DNA from: Spirogloea muscicola | Taxonomy: Eukaryota | Direction: 5' to 3' | DNA: 20,000 nt | Assembly: GCA_009602725.1 (NCBI GenBank) | Contig: WELB01000005.1 | Location: 307,877-327,876 of the forward strand | Shown here: in pieces, positions 9,801 through 20,000 of the stretch | Position numbering within the stretch: position 1 is the stretch's first letter | Layout of the letters: every line of letters starts with the position of its first letter | Position numbers and translations under genes: made by a program | The notes under the pieces: model-generated | Told to the model about the DNA's origin: nothing | Seen by the model: the letters and a program-made list of their open reading frames with translations, nothing else | Databases searched by the model: none

Positions 9801-12800
9801 CCTGGTGCTGTGACAACAACCCCAAGTCTTGTCATACAGCAGTGCTAGTTCTCTACTCTATGTGGTCTATTAATGGTGAAGTAATCTGGATTTGGTCTGA
9901 AGCAGGTCTGAAGCAGCAGGCTGTCACGCTATTTGAGGCCGGGAAGCTGGGCGACAGGCAGGTCATGGAGCTGTGCAATGGCTTGAGGGGCCTGGAGGGC
10001 ACCAAGCTCGAGGGCGAGCTCCAGCATTTTGCGAACCACGCCGAGAGCCTGCGCTGTGCACTCGAGTACCTCTCAACCGGCCAGGTGGCACCTGCCACTT
10101 CAGTAAAGGACCAAGACCGTGGCGAGAGCCTTGCGGCGGAGGATGAGGAGATGGCGGCGCTTGGCGTGGCGGAGCTCAAGCTTGACAACGTGGAGCTCGC
10201 TGGTCACAGTACGCTGAAGACGGCGGATGGGCAGCGGGAGAGTGTCACTGAGTCTCTGGGGTCTCGGCCAGGGCTGCTACAAGTCGAGAACAGCACCTCG
10301 CTCACAGAGTGGGCTACGTGGGGCCCTCGAGAAAAGCCAGATGGGGACCAAGCGCCGGACGATGGCAACGAGTTTGGCGACTGGGAGACGGCAGCAGCTT
10401 CGAGCAGCGGCGGCGGTGGTGGCGAGGCAGAGGGCCCGATGTGGGCCGGAAGCTGGGAGCAGGATGCTGCAGCTTCCGGCCACGCCGGCACGGCCTCCTG
10501 GCTGAGCCCCGTTGGTGCAGCGCCCTCGAGCACCAGCCGAGGCATAGCGGCGCGAGAGGCCAGTGATGACCGCACACTGCTGTCGCTGAATCTCATTGAC
10601 ATGGACATGGTGCTCAGCTCGTCGCCTAGAGAAGATGGTGGTGAAGTCAAGGATCGCAGCAGCAGGAGCAAGACGGTGCAAGGGGCCGCGAGGTACAAGG
10701 TGGACGTGCTGCGCAGCGAGAGCCTGGCAGGGCTGCCGCCACCCACATTGCGCCGCGTGCTGCGGCGCGAGTACTCCACGGTGGTCTCCATGGCGCCGCT
10801 TGCCGCCGCGCCGGCGCTGCATGGCGGTGACACCGAGGACGGTGGCGAGGGCCCGGCGCATTTTGGGCCGCCCTGCGCTGCGGCAACGTCGCCCTGGATG
10901 GCGCTGCTGCTGTATGCGGCAACAGGGTCCGGGCCGGTGACCCTGGCGCTCGTCCGTGGACAGCGCCTCCGGAAGCTGCCGCCGCCACTCGGCGGTTGCC
11001 GTAGGGCGTCCGTCTGGACATGGGATGCGTCGGCACTCGGTGGCGTCGGAGGCAAGGCCGAGGGCTCCCTCGTCGATGGCAGCGTGCTGCTTCACGTCCT
11101 GAACGCGCTCCTCCGGCTCTCGGCGGTCCTCGTCCAGCCATACCCGGCACATGGCGGCAGCTTGGAAGATCCGCCAGGAGATAGCAATGTGGAGCTCGTC
11201 ACTTGTGATGTCCCGCTCCCCATCAGCTTGCCAGCAGTGGAATCTGCGGCGGCAGCAGAGCTGGCTTTGCGACACGGCGACTGCCTGAGCGCCGCGGAGG
11301 ACGTTGCGACCAGAGCCGAGCTGCACACCATTGGCTCCTTGCGGATGCTGCGAGTGCTTCGGGTAGCTCGCAGTGGCACCGGCGCTGCCGATGACTCGTT
11401 GCAACCCCAAGATAGTGCTATCATGGCCCAAGGTGGCGCGCAAGTTGACGGTGGCGAGGACTGCCGGGCTGCCGCACACTTGCCATCAGACAACGAAGGC
11501 TTGCCGCCGGGCGTCACTTGGGGCTGGGTGCCGCTGGGGGTCTCGTTCGGCATCCCCCTCTTTGACACGCAGCTGTGCCGGAGGGTGTGCGAGAACGCCG
11601 CCAAGCTGGGCATGCTGGAACCGCCGAGGCTGCAGGTGCACGGCGCCTGCATGGCGGGCTTGAGGGGCAAGCTGCGCAACTTCATATCGGACCTCAAGCC
11701 CAACGGCCCAGTCTCCATGTAAGCTCCAAGAACAAGTGACGTATCTCTGGCTGTCGCGATGAACAGGAAGAGCTTTCCAGACTTGAAGTCGTTGAGGGAA
11801 GAGACGATATCTGCTGCTTGCTACCTGTTCTCGCTGACAGTTTCTTAGACTAACGCTGGCAACCCGACTTCGCAATCAATATTTAGTACTTATGAAGTAC
11901 CTCAACAGTAAGTAAACAACAAATGTCAGGTCATTGCTGATGTCAGGGTCCATCAATTTGCCTGCCTATGCAGGGCTGCTTACAAACCAGGTGTACAGAG
12001 TCAAGCACGCGTGGATGGCTTCGAGGGCTATCCATTAGCCAGCAAATACTGGTCGCGACACACAGATGCTGCTGACATTCCAGTACTGATTCCGAGGATT
12101 CCCCGCCGTGATCCCTGGTGCAAGCCTGAACACACTGATGAAAGTCTTAACCACTTGGAGTCTGTACTTGTAGGCTTTGAGAAATTCAGGTGGGTTGATG
12201 TCCTCATACCTGTATGACCGCCTCACTTAATTTTGTCACTACTAGATGAAGCAACGCGACGAGCTCTTCCACTGATTCCTAGGTGACTTCTGAAAAGTTC
12301 CGAATTAATATCAGCAGCTTACTTGCATTGCCATCTCTGCCCTACTCAGTTGGTAACAACTTGATCTAGCAAGGCATGGACGCTCAGTGATCCATGCAAC
12401 CACAAATCAACGCTGGTTGCTTTTGATCTCAGATATTCCAGGCAAGCCAGTCAGCCATCTGGAGTGAAGAGGGACATAGCTGACGAGCAGTCGATGTCAA
12501 CTTCACATCCATCAGGTTGTGGACTGCAAACAAATGTGCAGCCTGCTTGTTTGCTTGATACCATCCAAGTATTTGTACGAGCTTTCTAGTGTACTGTCCT
12601 GGGCCAACATTCGCCTTCTTTCTGGCTCAAAGCATATTGCTCTGGAGATTATATATAAGCCAAGGCTGTGGCCCATAGGCTCATAAATGATGCCTTGTTC
12701 TGCACGGCAGATAGACCAGTTGAGGATGAGGACATCATGCCCGGTGTGAACCTCATATTCAATGGGGCCACTTTGGCTGCATACAACATCGGCTCCGTCC

Positions 12801-13108
12801 TCCAGGTACTATAGGCAGATCTCAGCTACCATGTGCCACTAAGATCCTGGATGCTGGGTACGTCAACATCAAGGAGCTAGCATGCATCAGACGGCTACAT
12901 CGAGCCTGACTTTGCAGACTGCCTTTGGCCTTATGTGAAGCACACTAAGACGGTCATGCCAATGTTTCGTGGATAACTAGAAGTGGGTCGCGTTTATTTA
13001 GTCCTCTCACACAGTAACCATGAAGAATGCCACGAACAATGTTGCTTCCAAATGCAGGGGAGACTTCCTGCTGCGCTCATCACCGAAGCAGCAAATCTGG
13101 TTGCTTAG
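6826..13108 (+). CDS. FAM91A1: FAM91A1 (WDR11-complex vesicle tethering factor), plant-type
   Basis: 14 exons: 6826-6953, 7397-7514, 7723-7819, 8038-8144, 8251-8370, 8624-8777, 8946-9006, 9244-9376, 9582-9804, 9906-11718, 11974-12189, 12433-12515, 12711-12805, 13058-13108 = 3399 nt, 1132 aa. Family motifs [171 protein letters not shown]. Exons 11-12 are less conserved and less certain. Confidence 0.95.
6962..7004 (+). promoter_or_regulatory. Degenerate telomere-like repeats with two telo-boxes (AAACCCTA) at the start of FAM91A1 intron 1
   Basis: gaacccaaaccttaaaccctaaaacctgaaaccctaaccctta; exact AAACCCTA at 6975-6982 and 6990-6997. Confidence 0.6.
8378..8435. repeat. Short imperfect tandem repeat (~22 bp) in FAM91A1 intron 5
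   Basis: catctcgtgtcctaactcccct, catctcgtgtccttactttcct, then a partial third copy tactcatgtcctaa. Confidence 0.6.
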
Positions 13109-13170
13109 CGATTGTTGACTTGTACATCAGAACCCACAAGGTGCCTCCAAATGCATGTCTGCTCTTGTTT

Positions 13171-13251
13171 GGAGGGAGAGACGGAGCAAGAGACAGAGAG
13201 AGAGAGAGGAGGGAGAAAGGGAGGAAGAGAGGGAAGGAGGGAGGGAGAGAG
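13171..13251 (+). repeat. Purine-rich GA/GGA low-complexity tract in likely FAM91A1 3' UTR
   Basis: ggagggagagacggagcaagagacagagagagagagaggagggagaaagggaggaagagagggaaggagggagggagagag; five GGG runs between 13211 and 13245. Confidence 0.85.
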
Positions 13252-14369
13252 CTTTGCTTGCTGCTCAATTTCAGCCAGGGCCTTCAGATCAAGTGCTACA
13301 TGTGACATCACACATTTTTGGCTACCATGAGAGCATACACAAGAATACGATTTTTTGTGCTTACAGTGGCGAGGCTGGATATGTCTTAAGATTGTGTCCT
13401 TTGGCAGAGCATCACTGGCTTATTCAGCATTTCATCTTTGCCAACCTGGTCAGCATTCCCCCTCTCATCTCTGCCTTGGATCCCACTTTGCCTCATCGTG
13501 CAGAAGAGTGGTGCAGCAGCTGGGCTACCACATACTTCATATATGTGTTATCAAATACGAGGAGTATAGCTCCAGGATCGAGTAGCTGCCTGAGGAGCTG
13601 ACTGCTTCAAGCCAGGTGCACACTCCTGTGTGGGCTTTGAGAGCAAGTTCAGCTGCTTGCACTTGGAGTAATTCGCATCAAGAGAGATGATGGCACCAAA
13701 CAATGGCACTTGCTTTCGTGTAAGAAGCTGCAGGAGAGCTGACGGAAGCACAGTGTTTGTGGCATGTGCAGAGCTGCGAAGTCGAGGAGCCAATTTGTTG
13801 CTTGTTTTCCATCATTAAGTTTGGGGGCACAACCTGCAGTTGTGATGCCATTATTGATACCGCCATAGATAAAGCGGAAGATGCAACGGACCAAGAGCTT
13901 AGTTGCTCTTAACATGGTCTATTTGCATCAATTCAGTAGCACTCACACTCTGTAATCCCACATTATCTTCAAGATTTTGCGTCAACGCAATCTGGAAGTG
14001 CATCCGGATGTGTCACACTCCCTATTGGGCAGGATATCGACTTGTCCCCTTGGAGGAGGGAGAAGCATTTTCCCCTCATGCCTTCAGAAACGATCACTTG
14101 TACTGATGATAACAGTCGCTAATGACAGTGGCGTTTTTCCTGACATCACTGTGAAGTCCTTGGGCCAGCATTAGAGCTGCTGCTTTGATCTGCTGACATG
14201 ACCAACTGGGCTTGCTGCTCCAGTCCACCACCGAAGGTACAGATCTTCATTCATACCTGAGGCACAGAAATGATTACATGGCATCATGGGACAGATTTTG
14301 TGGCAGCTGAAGGCAGGTGAATATGCTCCAAGTGGTAGTGCGTCGAAAGCAATAGAAGCAATGCGCGCA

Positions 14370-14890
14370 TGCTGCCATCGTGAACAACAGGAGTCCTCTG
14401 TGCTAGACTACTGCTGTTGGCACTAGTCTGAGGTACTGCGGTCCTAGTGGCACTGAGATTATCAAGTCCCCACCTCCGAAGTGGAGAAAGTTTATGAGCT
14501 TGCATGAGCATGCAAGCTCATGAACCCACTTGGAAGCTCGAAGGTCAGATGGCACGACAAAGCCATGGCGCCTTTCAAGCAAGCGCAGCGGCCGCAAGCG
14601 CAGCGGCAGCTGCGCACGTCAGACGGACCCTCTGGGCCGCCGGAAGATCTGGCGCAGACACTTGGCCACGACGTCCCAGACCTCGCGCCAGCACAGCCGG
14701 TTTAGCCCCTTGTCCGTCGCCATAGTGCAGCGTAAACTCCCCGCAGCGCTTCCAACGATGGAGGTCCGAGCCAATCAATGCACACACAATTTGACGAACC
14801 TCCCTTGCCGCTTCAGCTGTCAAAGATGCCGGCGCTACTGCGCTGGCTATGGGCGAGCGACCCACACAGCACAGTGGCAGCGCTAAGTAC
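14370..14890 (-). pseudogene. Possible disrupted SMI1/KNR4-domain gene (SKIP16/FBXO3-like arrangement)
   Basis: CpG-rich island. Minus frame from ATG 14723: MATDKGLNRLCWREVWDVVAKCLRQIFRRPRGSV*RAQLPLRLRPLRLLERRHGFVVPSDLRAS, then VVHDG at 14388-14374 in another frame. Resembles the SMI1/KNR4 pattern W...L...(F)P...LE..lG..lP.DLRAS...HDG. In-frame TGA at 14621-14619. Confidence 0.35.
14494..14521. repeat. Perfect 13-bp inverted repeat with 2-nt spacer
   Basis: atgagcttgcatg-ag-catgcaagctcat. Confidence 0.85.
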
Positions 14891-15943
14891 GGAGTGTCGT
14901 GCTGCGGTAAGTATTGTCTGAAGAGCTGGGAGAAAAGGCGAGGGTGGTGATCGTTGACATGCATGCAGGAGCTGGACTTGCAGGATCTGGGACCATTGGT
15001 TTATGTTTGGCATCAAGAGTGGGTTCTCGAAGTCAAGTGGTAAATGCTCATTCTCGAAGAGCTCGGATAATGTAGTTTAGGCCCTAGCAGTGCTTGGCTT
15101 CCATGTCGTGCAAGCTTCCAGGGTTGCCGGCACAGGGCCAAGAGAGAGTCGTCATGCGTCAGGTGCCAAGACTCAGCTTGGCCCTCAGTGGCACCCAACG
15201 GCTTGTAATGCTTCAGTGTTTTGATTACCGAGCGCCCAGCTGAAGGCCCGTACTCAAGAACAGGCCTCGTAAGCGTGGCGTCAAGAGCCCCATCTGTGAA
15301 CTGTTGGGTTGCGGGCGCCTGTTGCCTAGGAGGGAAGGCCAGCAAGTAATCAATAATAACGATATGACAAAACCTTATCCAATCAAGGGCATCTTGAGTC
15401 GCTCTTTTACCATTAGGGACGTGCTAACAGGCTCTTGGGAGGCGCATGGCACCCAGGTGCCATGCGTCGCAGCCTACGCAGTCTTGGTGTGAAGAGGTTG
15501 GAGCAAGGATGAATGCTGCAACATCGAGCTTACTACAGTTGCATGGCCTCAGTCTGATGGCGGCAAGAGCAGCTGCCAGAAGCATGAATCGATGCTGGCG
15601 AACCTGCAACATGTCCTCTTTCTTAATAGGCCACAGGCTGTTGATGTCTGTGTGGCACTTAATATCGACATCCATTACGCACTTGATTCTACAGTACTGC
15701 ACAGACAGACTTGGGGCCAAAGTAATGTGCTTAAAGCTTGGGGTCAATCACCCTGCCAGCAGGCAAAAGAATCGAGGACTTGAGGGCTTACTTCGAGTGC
15801 TGTTGATCAGCTTCGAGTTTACCATTTTCACTAGTATTCGGCCAGCTTCTAAGGAGGCGCCCATAGAGGGGTGCCACTATACGTGATACGCTGCGGGCTT
15901 CAACTTACACCTGACTCTGCTAGCTTCTACTGTGGGCTCTGCA

Positions 15944-18900
15944 TCAACCAAGTTCGCCCGCCACCCTCATCGCCTTGTCTGCAAGAACATTTATAGCCTC
16001 TGTAAAGAGGACGTCCGGTGGCAAGGCTCCTGTTGACTCGATGGAGACTGCAAATATAACATAAGTTCAGATGTCAGTTGACTACCTCATACATAGACAC
16101 ACATGCTGGCAAGGAAGGTCCAGCTTCAACCAATGAGTACACAGAAAGCTGTGAAGACGTGGCACAAGGAAACCAGCCCCTACATCTGCCATAGCACCCT
16201 GCAATTTTGCCACGATGGCACTGAGTGCTAGCATCATGTGCGGACATTGGGCTGCGCAGCAAGGAAGCAAGCTTCAACGTATGGATGTACTATCCAAACG
16301 CATAAAGGTGGCACAATCTCCAATCACTGCACATAAGCAGTCGCAACGAAAGCAATCACGTACAGATGAAGTGATCCCGTTTTCTCGTCAGCTGGATGTG
16401 CTCCTCCCAACCCTCCTCCATAATGCACTCACGGCACAGAGTGCACGCTCGGGGGTTCACAACCCGGGCTTGCCTTTCTCCTGGCACCCATCTTCAGGAA
16501 TCTTCAGGGTTTCCCCAAGAAAAGCAAGACTATGCTGAAGCCACACATGATTGACATCTTTAAGCAGATTCGCGAGCGAGTGCAGCATCAGAGAAGTGGA
16601 CAGGGTGAGATACAGCTTGCTTGCATATTACTGCTCCATGCACAGACTTTCTAAATAGCATTCAATGGGATAAGAGCCTGATTGCAATGACGCATCAGGC
16701 GATTGAAGCACCCCTGCACTCACCGCGGCCAAGGTTCTCAATGTCAAAGACGCTTGCAGGGCACTTCTGTATGAGGCCGTCAGCCATATCCTGTTTCACT
16801 GGCTTCTTTATTACCACCTACTTGAAATCGCCACAACACTGGCTTGTGAGATAGACACAAGGCAAGGCAAGCATGGCCATCTATCTGTGCAATGGCATTG
16901 ACATGACAAGCCAAGACGGAAACCGCAAATTATAGAGCTCTGCAGATTCAACATTCTTGAAGAGGCTTTAACTAAAACGTTCAACAGATCTATTGTCAAG
17001 CTTGACTGTACAAGCCAGACGCAACTTACAAGACAAAGCACCAGCACCTGAAGGATCTGCAGAGAACATACGTGGGAAGCATTCAACAACAGAAGATCAA
17101 TCGCATCAAGAAGGTGCTGAAGACAATCCTCACCTCAGGCAGCATCTTGTAGAAGGCTGTGGCAACAGGTGACCACTTGGCATGCGTCTTGCCCACGCCC
17201 TTCACAGCGTGCGCCTCCAACTCAACAGACTGAATTAAGCAACGATAGCCCATGAGTATGTTGCTGCAGCTTGAGTTGGATATTGCACAGGACAACCTGC
17301 CAGATAGCTAAGCTAGTACCAATGTGAACAGCCTTCACGGTGATGACTGCAGTGTAGTCAAGGAACGGCATGAAGCCTGGCGACAAGTGCGTGCTTAGGA
17401 GAAAGGGCAGGCTGGCAGGACCTGGCCCGGCCGCAGCTTGGTGAGCACGATGTCGTCAAGCGTGGGCTGGATGCTGGCGCCCTTGAGCTCTCGCCCATCC
17501 TCCTGAGAGGTGGCAAACGACGTAAACTTCTGCTCCTGGTTGGGCGGCAGCTCGCTGCCAGCCGGTAACCACTGCAGCGCTCCCGACAGGACTGCCAAGC
17601 GGGGGCCACCGTATGTAAGTCTGCAGTCAGGTCCATGCTCCACATGGCAACTTAGAAGTGATTGGTATAAATTAGCAACTGCACTCCTACTCTCTTGAGC
17701 GATTCTCGAGGGAGGAGGACTGCTTGCAGAGAATTTTCACTGACAGATAGAACGTTAATGCGTCCAGCACAAACCACAAAGCTTACAGCTCAACACTTAA
17801 AGCTTTCCTCCATGCAGCATGACATCGAGGACCTTGATAACTCCAATGCTGGACTCATACAGGCACATGTCTGCAGTGGTGCTCCTCTTAGTGTAGCAGG
17901 GCCCTTTTCTGTGTCAGGAAGCAGATTACCTGAGGCGCCAACGACACGGTCGCCGTCCCGCTTGCACGTCGCAGCAAGCTTGAAGACAATCGTGTTCTTC
18001 TCCCCAGCCGCATCATCGTCTGCGAATCCCTCGACTAATTGAAATGAGACCAAGCAATGCTCAAGCTATATGGCCTATGGCTCTTGCTTGTGACAAGCTG
18101 AGAAGACCCAGGCCCCCTGACCGCAAGCACAACTTCGAGGCTGTCTGCAAACAGATTGGCAACTGCAGATAGTAGACCCAGGAAGGCCGCAACATGACCA
18201 TAACAATGCCAACGTTTGGCTGAAGCTCTCAACTTGGCCTTTGCTAAATGTTTTGCTTTACTTTGCTTATTGTTGATCTAATTGCAACCTCCAGCGAGAC
18301 CAAGAACCTGACCCAAAAGGCTAGAGCTGAGTCTTGAAGGAAGGATGCCTTGGGCTGGCAGTGGGCGGGAGAGGGCAGCTGGCCACCTACCTGCCTTGTA
18401 CTCAAATGCGCGAGGGTCAACCCTCAGCGGGACAAGGCCAAGGCGATGAGCCAGGACCTCGTCCTGCATCACCGACGTGTTGTCAACCATGAACACCTTC
18501 TCGATTGCCATCGTCGGCACCTGCAGGTTGTGTCAGAGCCCCAAGACGTACAGCACCAGGCACCACGCCATGTCAGCTTCAAGTAATCAATCACTCTGGT
18601 TTATCATCACTGAATTTAATCTAGATATCACAGTCAACTACAGCAAGGCAAGGAATAAGTGATGTTTCAACAACACACAGTGGCTGTGTGTTGTTTATCG
18701 AAACGAAGTTGGGGCCTACAAGCCATGCAGGTGGGGCGGTCACCTCCGCGATGAGGATGCGGCGAAAGGCGTTGGCCAGTGAGGCGTCAATGCCCACCAA
18801 GTCAAACTCCATGTCGGTGGCGCTCATGGACTTGATCTCCACCTGCCGCGTCACGTTAACAGAGGCAGCTGCTAAATGATAGCCCCTCCTTCTACCCTGT

Positions 18901-20000
18901 AGCCTGTAGCTCAGATACTTAGGCTATCCAACCTTGTACATTAGGCTTCACACAAGCGCTCTATGATTAAGTTTGCACGTCGCACTTCGTGTTCAAGGGC
19001 AGCCACGACCTTATGCTGCACAATGTCTGTGCGACGAGAGTTATAAGCCCACATTCAGCTCAAAGACCAGGAATCAACGGTGCCAAGGGTTTCTGGTGGC
19101 GGCACCTTGAGGTTGCGCAGGAGTTCCTCAAAACGGAAGCTGTTATCAACACCCAGCGCCAGGTACGCGCCCGCCGCTTGCACGGAGCTCGTCTGCAGGC
19201 AGGCCGACGCTGCGCCGGCGTGAGCAGTGGGCGGCAGAGATGATGCTGACGGAAGGTCCACCTTACTATTGCTGTTGTTGGTCAAGGTCAAAGTCTGGGG
19301 TGGTCATACACTTTGCTTATACATTATAATTTGAGCTGAGTAATCAATCTGTAGCATGTTGTCAGATGTCACACTTTTGGTTGGGCTTGCAGGAATACTA
19401 AGGGACTGGAATGAAGGGTCACAAGGGTCAAGGGTGAAGAGCCAGCGTCAAAGGCTAAGCTTCAAGTCGTGGTATGAACATCCGGGTTTTGTGTTTGGGG
19501 ACGACAGGGTTCCTTGTTCTAGTTGATCGTCGTACAGTAGATAAGTCCTGATTTTGTTTATTGTAAGCTCCTGATGTGTTCTCCCCCAGTCGATAGACTC
19601 CTGATGTGTCTCCCCGAGTCTCTGTCGACTGGGGAAGAACACATCAGGAGCTTACTACGACTAAAATCAGGACTAATCTACTGTACGACGATCAATCAGA
19701 ACAAGAAAACCTGTCGTCCACTTTGTAGAAATTGCCAAGGTATATGCTTCTTTCTTCCAACGATAGTATTGATACACCTTTACGTTTTGGAATCCGGGGG
19801 AAAATCAGGGTTTGGAATTCGGAAAAATTTAAGGCTCCAAGTTCCAAGGTGCTCCGAGCAGGGTTTCGGGGCCAGGGCTTTGGGCCCTGCGGCGGAGCTC
19901 GCACGTGGTCGGGCGCGTCCTTGCGGCAGGCGACGCGCGTGCGCCGCAGCTCCAGGTGCGGTGGCAGCGCCGGCGCCGCCCCGCCGCCGCCCTCCGCGTC
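15944..20000 (-). CDS. RPAC1: DNA-directed RNA polymerase I and III shared subunit RPAC1 (AC40/RPC40/POLR1C); start codon outside window
   Basis: Exons (minus) >20000-19905, 19192-19106, 18842-18744, 18520-18391, 18019-17930, 17591-17422, 17229-17134, 16817-16724, 16480-16364, 16047-15944 = 1083 nt. Motifs [150 protein letters not shown]. Confidence 0.96.
19499..19719. mobile_element. 221-bp fold-back element (MITE-like or hairpin-RNA precursor) in first visible RPAC1 intron
   Basis: Arms 19499-19597 and 19621-19719 are 99 bp each and align ungapped as inverted repeats at 87/99 positions (hand count); 23-nt spacer. No clear target-site duplication seen, so the mobile-element call is an inference. 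Confidence 0.55.

Noticed and set aside
10204..11875. Long antisense and alternate-frame ORFs (283, 400, 208, 167 aa)
   Set aside because: Shadows of the GC-rich FAM91A1 exon 10; no recognisable domains.
14619..14621. In-frame TGA as selenocysteine or readthrough codon
   Set aside because: No redox CxxU-type context, no SECIS that I could identify, and the better domain-like reading uses a different frame here; pseudogenisation is simpler.
15013..15886. ORFs of 62-146 aa downstream of the RPAC1 stop
   Set aside because: No recognisable motifs or coherent exon structure; probably 3' UTR or intergenic sequence.
18533..18610. Box C/D snoRNA in an RPAC1 intron (minus-strand GTGATGA ... CTGA)
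   Set aside because: No terminal stem, the distal CTGA coincides with the likely branch point right beside the acceptor, and I recognised no rRNA-complementary guide.
19560..19660. CRISPR-like repeat-spacer array
   Set aside because: Only two direct copies plus one inverted copy within a fold-back, eukaryotic context, no cas genes.

Overview
Eukaryotic, intron-rich genomic DNA with plant-like genes, most plausibly from a streptophyte alga or other non-seed green plant (inferred, not proven). I reconstructed four spliced protein-coding genes by hand; all introns are GT-AG and all exon sums are divisible by 3. (1) + strand, 5'-truncated bacterial-type GT2 polyprenyl-phosphate glycosyltransferase (ArnC/GtrB-like) with 4 introns, 1-2419. 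(2) - strand ICMT/STE14, 4363-5745. (3) + strand FAM91A1, 14 exons, 6826-13108, head-to-head with ICMT across a (GA)n tract that contains an assembly gap. (4) - strand, 5'-truncated RNA polymerase I/III shared subunit RPAC1, 15944-20000. Extras: a 221-bp fold-back element in the first visible RPAC1 intron, two short perfect hairpins, degenerate telomere-like heptamers near gene 5' ends, a possible SMI1/KNR4-domain pseudogene near 14.4-14.9 kb and a weak LRR-like relic near 2.9-4.15 kb. Family calls come from motif recognition from memory; no database search was run.
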